DNA from: Candidatus Dormiibacterota bacterium
Lineage (GTDB): Bacteria; Chloroflexota; Dormibacteria; Aeolococcales; Aeolococcaceae
DNA length: 64,000 nt
Assembly (NCBI GenBank): GCA_036521195.1
Contig: DATDID010000039.1
Span: 76,241 to 140,240 of the forward strand
Direction of reading: 5' to 3'
Numbering within the stretch: position 1 is the stretch's first letter; each line of letters begins with the position of its first letter. A program made the translations under genes and the position numbers. Below are positions 54,456 to 62,461 of this stretch, piece by piece. The notes under the pieces were generated by a model. The model was not told the DNA's origin, did no database searches, and saw nothing but the letters and a program-made list of their open reading frames with translations.

Positions 54456-55718
54456 CTATGCGGGCTGCGTTATCGGGGGAGCTGATCGCCGCGCGGCACG
54501 ACCCGTGTCGGACCAGCCGTAGATGGTCGCGCCGACGCCGGTCAGACCCGCGATGAGAAACGCCAGCTCGGTGCCACCGACCTGCGCGAGCCATCCTGCG
54601 AGCAGGCCGCCGAGCGGTGCGGTGCCGAAGAAGACGTACCCGTAGATGCCGAGCACGCGGCCCCGCAGCTGATCGGTCACTGCCAGCTGGAGCGTTGCGT
54701 TCGTCTGCGACGCGTAGATCGTGAAAGCGATGCCCGTCACGACAAGCGCGAGGCCTGCCGCCCAGGTGACATGGAGCGGGGCGAGCACGAGCTCGGAGAC
54801 CGAGAACAGCGCAGCGCCGCTGAGCATCGCGTGGCGGCTGGCGCGACCGAGCGAAGCCGAGAAGAGTGCCCCGACGAGTGCGCCGAATCCGAACAGTGCG
54901 GAGAGGATGCCGAACACCTCGGGCCCGCTGTTGAGCGTGCGTGATGCAAGGACCGGCAGCAGCACGTTGAAGTTGATGCTGATCGTCGCGATGAACAGCA
55001 TCATCACCAGCACCGAGCGAATCACCGGCGTGCGCCACGAGAACTTCAAGCCCTCGATGGACCCGCGGAACAGGTTCTGCGGATTGACGTCGCGTCGCGT
55101 TGGAAACAGGTCGTGGACCCGCATCATCCAGAGCGCGGCAAGCACCGCGAGGTAGCTCAGCGCGTTGATCAGGAAGCAGATGCCGACGCCGGCGACGGCG
55201 ATGAGCCCACCGGCGATCGCGGGTCCGACGATGCGCGAGGCGTTGAAGAGGCTGGAGTTGAGCGCAACAGCGTTGGGGAGCTCATCGCGCCCGACCATCT
55301 GGATGGTGAACGCCTGGCGGACGGGGTTGTCGAGGACGGTGATCGTTCCCGTGATGGCGGCGATCACGTACACCTCCCATACCGTCGCGTGTCCGGTGAG
55401 GGTCAGCACCGCAAGCAGGGTCGCCGTGACCATGAATGCCGCCTGGGTCCCGAGCAACACCTTGCGTTGATCGAGCCTGTCGGCGATTGCGCCGCCGAAG
55501 AGCCCAAGGAGCGCGTACGGTCCGAACTGGCACACGGCGAGGATGCCGACCGCAAGCGGTGAGTGGGTGTTCTGGACGACGAACCACGCCTGCGCGACGC
55601 TCTGCATCCACGTCCCGCTGATGGAGACGACCTGTCCGAAGAAGTAGAGGCGGTAGTTGTAGTGGCGGCGGAGGCTGGTGAAGGTCCGCGCCGTCGCGCT
55701 GCCGATGCCGAGGCTCAT
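54456..55718 (-). CDS. MFS transporter (EntS/DUF894-like, 12 TM)
   Basis: YRLYFFGQVVSISGTWMQSVAQAWFV and LFGGAIADRLDQRKVL are typical MFS_3 motifs. Confidence 0.85.
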   Translation of the reverse strand: MSLGIGSATARTFTSLRRHYNYRLYFFGQVVSISGTWMQSVAQAWFVVQNTHSPLAVGILAVCQFGPYALLGLFGGAIADRLDQRKVLLGTQAAFMVTATLLAVLTLTGHATVWEVYVIAAITGTITVLDNPVRQAFTIQMVGRDELPNAVALNSSLFNASRIVGPAIAGGLIAVAGVGICFLINALSYLAVLAALWMMRVHDLFPTRRDVNPQNLFRGSIEGLKFSWRTPVIRSVLVMMLFIATISINFNVLLPVLASRTLNSGPEVFGILSALFGFGALVGALFSASLGRASRHAMLSGAALFSVSELVLAPLHVTWAAGLALVVTGIAFTIYASQTNATLQLAVTDQLRGRVLGIYGYVFFGTAPLGGLLAGWLAQVGGTELAFLIAGLTGVGATIYGWSDTGRAARRSAPPITQPA

Positions 55719-56155
55719 TCGGCCTGGACCAGCAGCGACTCCAGCGGCGCGATGGCATCAGCGATTGCCGAGAGGTCACCCTCCGTCAGCGCGCTCAACC
55801 GCGCGGACAGCCAGGCGGTGCGCTTCGTGCGGATCACCTTGAGGACGCGAAGCCCCTCCGGTGTGGCCTCGAGATCGACCCTGCGCCGGTCGCGCTCGCC
55901 CTGGCGGCGAGTGATGAGCCCGGAAGCCTCGAGCCGATCCACGTGGCTGCAGATCGACGGCACCGAAGTCCCTTCCTTGGCCGCGAGCTCGGCGACGCCG
56001 ATACCCGGGTTGTCCTCGATGGAGCTCAGCAAGGAGAGCTGACCCGCCGACACGCCCGAGGTGTGCACCTCCCGACGAAGGTGGCGGCTGAGGTGGAGCA
56101 GGACGGGCCGGAGTCGGTTGGCGACGTCGACCGGCTTCTCAGTGAGCGTGGGCAC
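55715..56155 (-). CDS. MarR family transcriptional regulator
   Basis: Winged HTH: SAGQLSLLSSIEDNPGIGVAELAAKEGTSVPSICSHVDRLEASGLITRRQGERDRRRV. 4-nt overlap with the MFS start. Confidence 0.9.
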   Translation of the reverse strand: MPTLTEKPVDVANRLRPVLLHLSRHLRREVHTSGVSAGQLSLLSSIEDNPGIGVAELAAKEGTSVPSICSHVDRLEASGLITRRQGERDRRRVDLEATPEGLRVLKVIRTKRTAWLSARLSALTEGDLSAIADAIAPLESLLVQAE

Positions 56156-56162
56156 GAGATTG

Positions 56163-56168
56163 ATTATA
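56163..56168 (-). promoter_or_regulatory. Consensus -10 box TATAAT 7 nt upstream of the MarR GTG (leaderless geometry)
   Basis: The minus strand reads GGCTATATAATCAATCTC-GTG. It sits in an AT-rich island in an otherwise ~70% GC region. Confidence 0.35.
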
Positions 56169-56298
56169 TAGCCTAACTAACTTTCCAGCAAGACACTCAT
56201 ACGACATTCCGGTGACGAAAGCCTCGGATCCGGGAACCTCATGCCAGCGATGCGCGTCTCCACCTCCGCACGACGTCATCCACTGGAGGTCCGAGGCC

Positions 56299-57402
56299 AT
56301 GCGCAAGATCCTGTTTGCCGGTATGGGTGTTGGCGCGGCTGTCGTGCTGCAGGCGGGTCAGGCGCTGGCCTGCGGAGGGCTCGTCGCCCCCGACGGTGAT
56401 GTCCGCCTCGCGAAAGCGACGACGTTCGTCGCGTGGTCGGCAGGCGTCGAGCACTACGTCACCAGCTTCGCGTACACGGGGGCTGTCGCCGACGTCGGTT
56501 GGATCGTTCCGCTCCCCGCGATTCCGACGTCCATCACCGAAGCAGGCGCGTGGACGCTGCAGCGACTCGAGCGCGAGTTCGCGCCCCCGGATCTGGAATT
56601 CGCTCCAGAGGCAAGCCTCGAAACCGCGGGCGCGCCACCAGCGGTCGTCATCGAGCAGGTGCAGGTTGAGGCGCTGGACGTGACCGTGATCAAAGGGACC
56701 GGTCAGGCAGTGATCAACTGGTGCATCCATAACGGCTTTCTCGTCTCACCCGAGATCGAGAACCACCTGCTCCGCTATGCCGGCAGCAGCCCGATCTTCA
56801 TGGCAGCGAAATACAACACGTCGATTGCGCTGGAGCGCCACCAGCAGGCGGGCGACGGTGTCCCGTTGCTGATCACGATGCACACCCCACAGCTGTGGGT
56901 CCCGCTGGAAATCCTTGCCACCGCGGGGACGACCGTCAATGCCGACCTCTTCCTGCTCACGGACAAGCCGCTCGTGACGCAGAGTGGCGTGCCGGTGGTC
57001 TCCGCCGCAAGCAAGGGCTCGGTGGTCGACGGTGCGAAGGGCTTCACGGTCGCCGGCGCAGAGCCGATGAACGCGAGCCTGCACCACGATCTCTCCGTCG
57101 ATCGCAACATGTCCTGGGTCCCGGCCACCGGCTACGTGACGTATCTCACCCTGAACGCTCCCGGCACAGACGTCACCTACGACCTCGGTATTGCCAACAA
57201 CACGATCAGGCTCACGTCATTCGGGACGCAGCTCGCGAACCTCGCAGGCGCGAACGCCACGATCCCGACGCCTCCCGATCCCTCGGCCCTGGCCTTCCCC
57301 CTTCTGCTGATCGCCGGCACGCTGCTCGTGGTGATCCCCGTGTCCGCAGCAGCCTGGCGCCGGTCGAGTCAGAGTAAGGGTCGTGCGACTCCCATGGGCT
57401 GA
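56299..57402 (+). CDS. DUF2330-like exported protein with C-terminal TM anchor (tentative family call)
   Basis: GGAGG lies 8 nt before ATG 56299. The signal peptide ends ALACGG. The C-terminal helix is FPLLLIAGTLLVVIPVSAAAW. Confidence 0.6.
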   Translation: MRKILFAGMGVGAAVVLQAGQALACGGLVAPDGDVRLAKATTFVAWSAGVEHYVTSFAYTGAVADVGWIVPLPAIPTSITEAGAWTLQRLEREFAPPDLEFAPEASLETAGAPPAVVIEQVQVEALDVTVIKGTGQAVINWCIHNGFLVSPEIENHLLRYAGSSPIFMAAKYNTSIALERHQQAGDGVPLLITMHTPQLWVPLEILATAGTTVNADLFLLTDKPLVTQSGVPVVSAASKGSVVDGAKGFTVAGAEPMNASLHHDLSVDRNMSWVPATGYVTYLTLNAPGTDVTYDLGIANNTIRLTSFGTQLANLAGANATIPTPPDPSALAFPLLLIAGTLLVVIPVSAAAWRRSSQSKGRATPMG

Positions 57403-57901
57403 CCGGCATCGCCCGTCCTGGTACCTCGCGGCGCTGCCGCTCATCGCGGTGCTCGCGGCCGCCGTGGCCTGCGGGCATTCGCCGGGAACGACTGCCCCCA
57501 CGATTCCCGCCATTCAGCCGGTCAGCGCCATGGTGTCGGGCACGCCGGAAACCGTCCTCGAAGGCGATCTCGACCGATCGCTCTACTACTCGTCGTCCGA
57601 CAGCGCGACGACTGTCACCTGCCAGAGCACGTGTACGCGGACGTGGGTGCCCTTCCTGAAGCCTGTGGCCCCACTGATCGGCACGCCGTATCCCCATGGA
57701 CCGGGCGGCATGCTGACGTGGCGATGGGATTCCGACGGCTGCCAGGCGCAGTACAACGGCCATCCACTCTTCACATACGCCGGGGACGAGCGGCCGGCGG
57801 AAGCCAGTGGCAACGACCTGCATGGCACGTGGTTTGTCGCGACCCCCGATCTCGCTCCCGCGCCAGGGTGGTCCGACGGCCGCAGGCACTCGACCTGCTG
57901 A
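57383..57901 (+). CDS. Lipoprotein with two copies of the secreted repeat of unknown function (Lipoprotein_15/COG4315-like)
   Basis: Lipobox LAAAVAC. LYYSSSDSATTVTCQSTCTRTWVPF and PLFTYAGDERPAEASGNDLHGTWFV match the repeat pattern. Confidence 0.65.
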   Translation: MRLPWADRHRPSWYLAALPLIAVLAAAVACGHSPGTTAPTIPAIQPVSAMVSGTPETVLEGDLDRSLYYSSSDSATTVTCQSTCTRTWVPFLKPVAPLIGTPYPHGPGGMLTWRWDSDGCQAQYNGHPLFTYAGDERPAEASGNDLHGTWFVATPDLAPAPGWSDGRRHSTC

Positions 57902-57977
57902 GGGCGAGAATCGGATCGTTGCCAAGTGGTGTCCGGAGAGGCACCTCGTCTCGCGGCTCTCGCGCCAGGATCGGACC

Positions 57978-58670
57978 ATGTCCTCGACAGGTGACGTCTT
58001 CCCGCTGACGAGCGGCGCCCCGGGCACCGACGATCAGTGGAAGCAGTGGGCCGTGAGCGTATTCGGCGGCAATGAAGCTCGCGCGACGGCCGCCGCCCAC
58101 GCTGCGGCACTCGCGCGAAGCGCGGGTGCGTCGAGTGATGAGCTGTTCGCCGCAGCGCGCGCGGCGTACGACAACCCAGGGCCAGGCGCAACCGCTGCCG
58201 CGATTGCGGGTGCGCACGATGCGGTGGTCCGTCCGAGTGGCCGGCGCGTCCTTGCGTTCATTCTTGTTGCGATCCTGGTCGCGTCCGTCCCTGCGGTGAT
58301 TGCGAGGGTTGGCTCGGGAAGTGCGGTTCTCGTGATCGGCGCAGCCGCCGGGATCTTCATCGTGTGGTACGCCCTCTCCATTCGTTCGAACGTTCGCGTC
58401 AACGGTGCGACCATCACCGTTCAGGGGGTGCTCCATAGACGCGTGTTCCAACTGCTGGAGGTCCGGCAGATCACCGTTCAGCCGCGAGCGACAGAGCTGG
58501 GGACCCGCAATGGACCGCTCAGGGGCCAGTTCCTGGCCTCGTTCGTCGGAAACGACTTCGGCCATCTCTTCGAGTTGCGTCAAGGAGCATGGACGCGTAC
58601 CGACATCGACAAGATCGGCGCTGCCCTCGGAGTTCAGGTTGTGGACGACTCCGAGACGAGCGTCACCTGA
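57978..58670 (+). CDS. Two-TM membrane protein with possible bacterial PH-like C-terminal region
   Basis: Internal ATG. Ala-rich cytoplasmic N-terminus. Two helices (VLAFILVAILVASVPAVIA, VLVIGAAAGIFIVWYAL), then a beta-rich tail. Confidence 0.5.
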   Translation: MSSTGDVFPLTSGAPGTDDQWKQWAVSVFGGNEARATAAAHAAALARSAGASSDELFAAARAAYDNPGPGATAAAIAGAHDAVVRPSGRRVLAFILVAILVASVPAVIARVGSGSAVLVIGAAAGIFIVWYALSIRSNVRVNGATITVQGVLHRRVFQLLEVRQITVQPRATELGTRNGPLRGQFLASFVGNDFGHLFELRQGAWTRTDIDKIGAALGVQVVDDSETSVT

Positions 58671-60585
58671 CCGGGAAGTTCAGGATCTCCACGGGTTCGA
58701 TCGCTTCAGCGATCGGCATGTCGGTCACGGTCGCGAAGAAGTAGAGCTCGGCCTCCATCGACCTGGCGATGTTCCCGGCCATGCGGAATCCGTGCTGCTC
58801 ACCCGCGAACCCGATGTACGCGCACGGCACGCCACCGGCCTGCAGCGCCGCGAACATCAACTCCGCCTGTTGCGGGGGAACCACCGGATCATCGAGTCCC
58901 TGCAGCAACAGCACGGCACCACGCACACGATCGATGAAGTGCACGGGTGATCGCTCGTAGCGCACGTGTCCCTCGGGGTATGGCGATGTGTAATGCGACT
59001 CGAACTTGTGCGGATCCTTGTCGAAGAGCACCTCGACGTCGGCGATGCCGAAAAGACTTGCGCCCGCTCTGAACACGTCGTGGAACACCATCGAGCAGAG
59101 CACGACGTAACCCCCCGCGCTGCCACCGTGGATGAACAGGCGCTCCGGATCGACGACGCCCGTCGCTCCAAGGTACTGCGCGCCGGCAACGCAATCGATG
59201 ACGTCAACGATGCCGCCCTTGTCGTTGAGTCGCTCACGGTAGGTGCGCCCGTAGCCCGTGCTGCCGCCGTAGTCGACGTCGAGATATGCGAATCCCCTGC
59301 TCGTCCAGTACTGCACGGATGCGTCGAGCGAGAAGTTGGCGGCCGATGTCGGTCCGCCGTGGGCGCGCACCAGGAGCGGTGGCATCCGTCCCGGTTCCGG
59401 AGCGACAGCATCGTTCCGCGGCGCGTAGAACCAGGCGTGCGACGTGGTGCCGCTCTCGCCCGGAAACGTGATGTGCCGTGGAACCGATGTCACGGACGGG
59501 TCGAACGTCATGTCCCCGCTGTCGACCCGGAGCACGCGACGCTCGCGCGTCCCCAGGTGCTCGCGGACGACCGACATCGGCGTATCAGGTCCGCCTGCGA
59601 GGTACAGCAGGTCGTCGCCCTTCGCGTTGATGTACTCACCGAACTGCGTGTACGGAGAGTCGAGTTGCCGCACACGCCCGTCCGCCTCGAGGAGATGGAA
59701 TTCCCAGACACCGTCGCGGCTGGCCCAGAGCGCGATTCGCCCGTCGCCGCAGTGCGCGTACGTCGAGAAGCCGAACACCCATTGCGGTCCGCCGCACTCG
59801 GCATCCATCGGCGCCAGCGGAACCACCTCTCCGTTCTCGAACCGATACAGATTCCACCACTCCGTCCGGTCAGAGCTGAAGTGCAGCACCGACTCCGCTG
59901 ACCACGAGGGCTGGAAGATCGACTCGCGCGGTCCCCCGGCAATGAGCCGCGCGTTCTGCGGTGCGCCGGCATCATCGAGGTCCGCGACCCAGAGCTCGCA
60001 GCCGTCCCACGGCATGTTCGGAAAATTCCACGTCAGCCACGCGATGCTCCGGCCGTCGGGACTGACCCGCGGCGTTGAGTAGAAATCGTTGCCCGACACA
60101 ATGCTCACCGCCTCACCCCCGGCGATGGGGATGACCCGGATGTCGTTCACGACCGACGCCCCGCGGTGGTCCTCGGCGACACACACGATGCGTCCCCGGG
60201 GTTCGTCGATCTCGAGATCAGCGTAGCGCAGGTCGCCGACGCTTCCCGTCAGCGGCTCAGCGCCCTCCGCAGCGATCCGGTAGAGGCGCCGGTCGCTCGC
60301 GTCGCAGAAGTAGACGGTACCGGCGTGGACTCGCATCGCCGCCCCGCCGTACTCGTGAACCCCGGTGCGTGCGGAGAAGGGCTCGGCGATCAGGTCGGCG
60401 GTGACGCCGTCGCGCTCACGAACGATGACGCAGCGTCCACCCTCGGTCGGGCGTCCTTCGATCCAGTACGCGTCCCCGCCGTCGAGCTGGACGTCATTGA
60501 GGCGCAACCGGCCCGCCGCGGCCTGCTGTGCGCCGATGGGCGACGGCCAGACCCCAGACGCGACACCGCCGTCCGGCCGACTCAC
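58663..60585 (-). CDS. Prolyl oligopeptidase family S9 serine peptidase (beta-propeller + alpha/beta hydrolase)
   Basis: GGSAGGY nucleophile elbow, LQGLDDPVVP (Asp), GEQHGF (His). GTGA overlap with the upstream deacetylase stop. Confidence 0.85.
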   Translation of the reverse strand: MSRPDGGVASGVWPSPIGAQQAAAGRLRLNDVQLDGGDAYWIEGRPTEGGRCVIVRERDGVTADLIAEPFSARTGVHEYGGAAMRVHAGTVYFCDASDRRLYRIAAEGAEPLTGSVGDLRYADLEIDEPRGRIVCVAEDHRGASVVNDIRVIPIAGGEAVSIVSGNDFYSTPRVSPDGRSIAWLTWNFPNMPWDGCELWVADLDDAGAPQNARLIAGGPRESIFQPSWSAESVLHFSSDRTEWWNLYRFENGEVVPLAPMDAECGGPQWVFGFSTYAHCGDGRIALWASRDGVWEFHLLEADGRVRQLDSPYTQFGEYINAKGDDLLYLAGGPDTPMSVVREHLGTRERRVLRVDSGDMTFDPSVTSVPRHITFPGESGTTSHAWFYAPRNDAVAPEPGRMPPLLVRAHGGPTSAANFSLDASVQYWTSRGFAYLDVDYGGSTGYGRTYRERLNDKGGIVDVIDCVAGAQYLGATGVVDPERLFIHGGSAGGYVVLCSMVFHDVFRAGASLFGIADVEVLFDKDPHKFESHYTSPYPEGHVRYERSPVHFIDRVRGAVLLLQGLDDPVVPPQQAELMFAALQAGGVPCAYIGFAGEQHGFRMAGNIARSMEAELYFFATVTDMPIAEAIEPVEILNFPVR

Positions 60586-61373
60586 GCAGTCGGAACGACG
60601 ACGAACTGCTCGGCGAGGCGTCCCTCGGGGAGTCCGTTCGCCTTCGCGGTGGCGGCCAGCCAGCCGCGGACACGCTCCTCGAGGCCGTCCCAGTCCGTGT
60701 ACTGGCTGCGGTGGCACCGCAGCGCGGCGAGCTTGCGATCCGCGGTTTCCGTGACGTCGACGACCTGGGTTTCCTGCCCCAGCCCTATCGCAGCGCTCAT
60801 CCAGACCTCCGCCACCGACCAGGGCTCGAGGCCCTCCTTGTCGAGGAGCTCCATGTGGGCAAACGGGTTGCGGGCATCGGGGTAGACAGCGCAGAGCGCT
60901 GCCTCACCGGCCGCAAGGTGATCCGGATGGCTCGCGAAGATGCGCGTGAAGTTGCGATTCGGGGATTGCGTGATCACCCGTTGGGGCGTCTTCTGCCGGA
61001 TGACCCGAGAGATGTCGCGGCGCAACTCGATGCTCGGGGTGAGCCGGCCGTCCGGATAGCCAAGGAAGGTGATGTCGGTGACCCCGACCTCAGCGGCTGC
61101 GGCGGTCTGCTCGACGCGGCGGAGGCGCGCGACCTCATCACGGCTGACGCTGCGGTCGGACCCGCCGGCCTGACCGTCGGTGATGATGCAGTAGGAGACC
61201 GTGACACCCGCGTCGGTCCACTTCGCAGTGGTCGCCGCGTTGCCGAAGTCACAGTCGTCGGGGTGGGCGACGACCACCAGGACGCGTTCGATTCCGTCTA
61301 GCTCTGACACGCTCACGATGGTACCGGTAAGGGCAGATCGGACCTCCGTGAACGCGTGCGACACTCGTCGCAT
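60582..61373 (-). CDS. PIG-L/LmbE family N-acetylglucosaminyl deacetylase
   Basis: VLVVVAHPDDCDFG...ITDG... and HPDH motifs. The start could lie downstream of 61373. Confidence 0.8.
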   Translation of the reverse strand: MRRVSHAFTEVRSALTGTIVSVSELDGIERVLVVVAHPDDCDFGNAATTAKWTDAGVTVSYCIITDGQAGGSDRSVSRDEVARLRRVEQTAAAAEVGVTDITFLGYPDGRLTPSIELRRDISRVIRQKTPQRVITQSPNRNFTRIFASHPDHLAAGEAALCAVYPDARNPFAHMELLDKEGLEPWSVAEVWMSAAIGLGQETQVVDVTETADRKLAALRCHRSQYTDWDGLEERVRGWLAATAKANGLPEGRLAEQFVVVPTA

Positions 61374-62322
61374 GGCACTGCACCTGCCCGCCGCGCTTCC
61401 GCTCCCCGGAACCGTGCGTCGCCTGCTGTCCCAGCCCGTGCCGGCGGCGCGCCCGTTACCGCTGCGGGATTCGACCGCCGACCCAGGGCTCTTCGGCCCG
61501 GACTCTGTGACGTGGCGGGTGATGCGTGAGCCCCGGTTGCTCCTCGCCGCGGGCCGCGCGCTGCTCCTCCAGGCGGCGAACCCGCTCGTCGCTCAGGGCG
61601 CGATCGATCACAGCACATACAAATCCGACCCCTACGGTCGCCTCGAGCGCACCGTGCGCTGGGTGACGGTGGTCTGCTTCGGGACCACCGGCGAAGCGGA
61701 ACGCATCTCCGGCCGCGTGACCGGCCTGCACCGCCGCGTCACCGGAACGCTGCCTGCCACCAGCGCCACGGCACGGGTCCCCGCCGGGACGCCCTACTCG
61801 GCCGATGACCCCGAGTTGCTGCGCTGGGTGCACGCATCGTTCGTCGACACGATGCTTGTCGCCCATGACGCGATCGTCGGCGGTCTCACCGAGCAAGACC
61901 GGGATGCCTTCGTTCGCGAGTGGGACGCGGTGGCGCGGTTGATGGGACTACCCCGTGGTGGCTGGGCCAACGCGGCGGCGCTTCGCCGGTACGTCGATCG
62001 CCAGGTGAAACGAGGCCCGGCGGTTCCCGGAGGAGGGTCGCTCGAGGTTGCCGAGACAGTCCTCCATCCGCCGGTGGGATCCGTATGGATGCGTTCAGCG
62101 ATGGACACGCTCGCGTTCATCGCGATCGGGCTCCTCCCGCCGGAGCTTCGGCGCGGCTACGGGCTGTCGTGGAACCCCGCGCAGGCGATTGCCTTCGCGA
62201 CCTTGACTCGGTCGCTGCGGCTTGCGTCGGCGGCCCTGCCGCGACGCCTTCGGATCTCGCCTGTCTACGACCTCGCACTCGCTCGATCGGAGGGGCGCTG
62301 GCCCGAAACCCGGGCCGCCTGA
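61372..62322 (+). CDS. DUF2236 (MpaB-type oxygenase) family protein
   Basis: GLFGPDSVTWRVMREPRLLLAAGRALLLQAANPLVAQG...YGRLERT is the typical DUF2236 N-terminal pattern. Confidence 0.75.
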   Translation: MALHLPAALPLPGTVRRLLSQPVPAARPLPLRDSTADPGLFGPDSVTWRVMREPRLLLAAGRALLLQAANPLVAQGAIDHSTYKSDPYGRLERTVRWVTVVCFGTTGEAERISGRVTGLHRRVTGTLPATSATARVPAGTPYSADDPELLRWVHASFVDTMLVAHDAIVGGLTEQDRDAFVREWDAVARLMGLPRGGWANAAALRRYVDRQVKRGPAVPGGGSLEVAETVLHPPVGSVWMRSAMDTLAFIAIGLLPPELRRGYGLSWNPAQAIAFATLTRSLRLASAALPRRLRISPVYDLALARSEGRWPETRAA

Positions 62323-62461
62323 CGAGTTCGGATATCCCTCAGTAGGGTGATTTTCGAGGCGAAGGGGCGTCGACCCCTTGCCCAATCGCTACCCTACGCC
62401 GTGAGTCCTGGGGCAGAGGACCGCTATGTCGACATTTCGTCGCACACAAGGAGGCGCGTAC

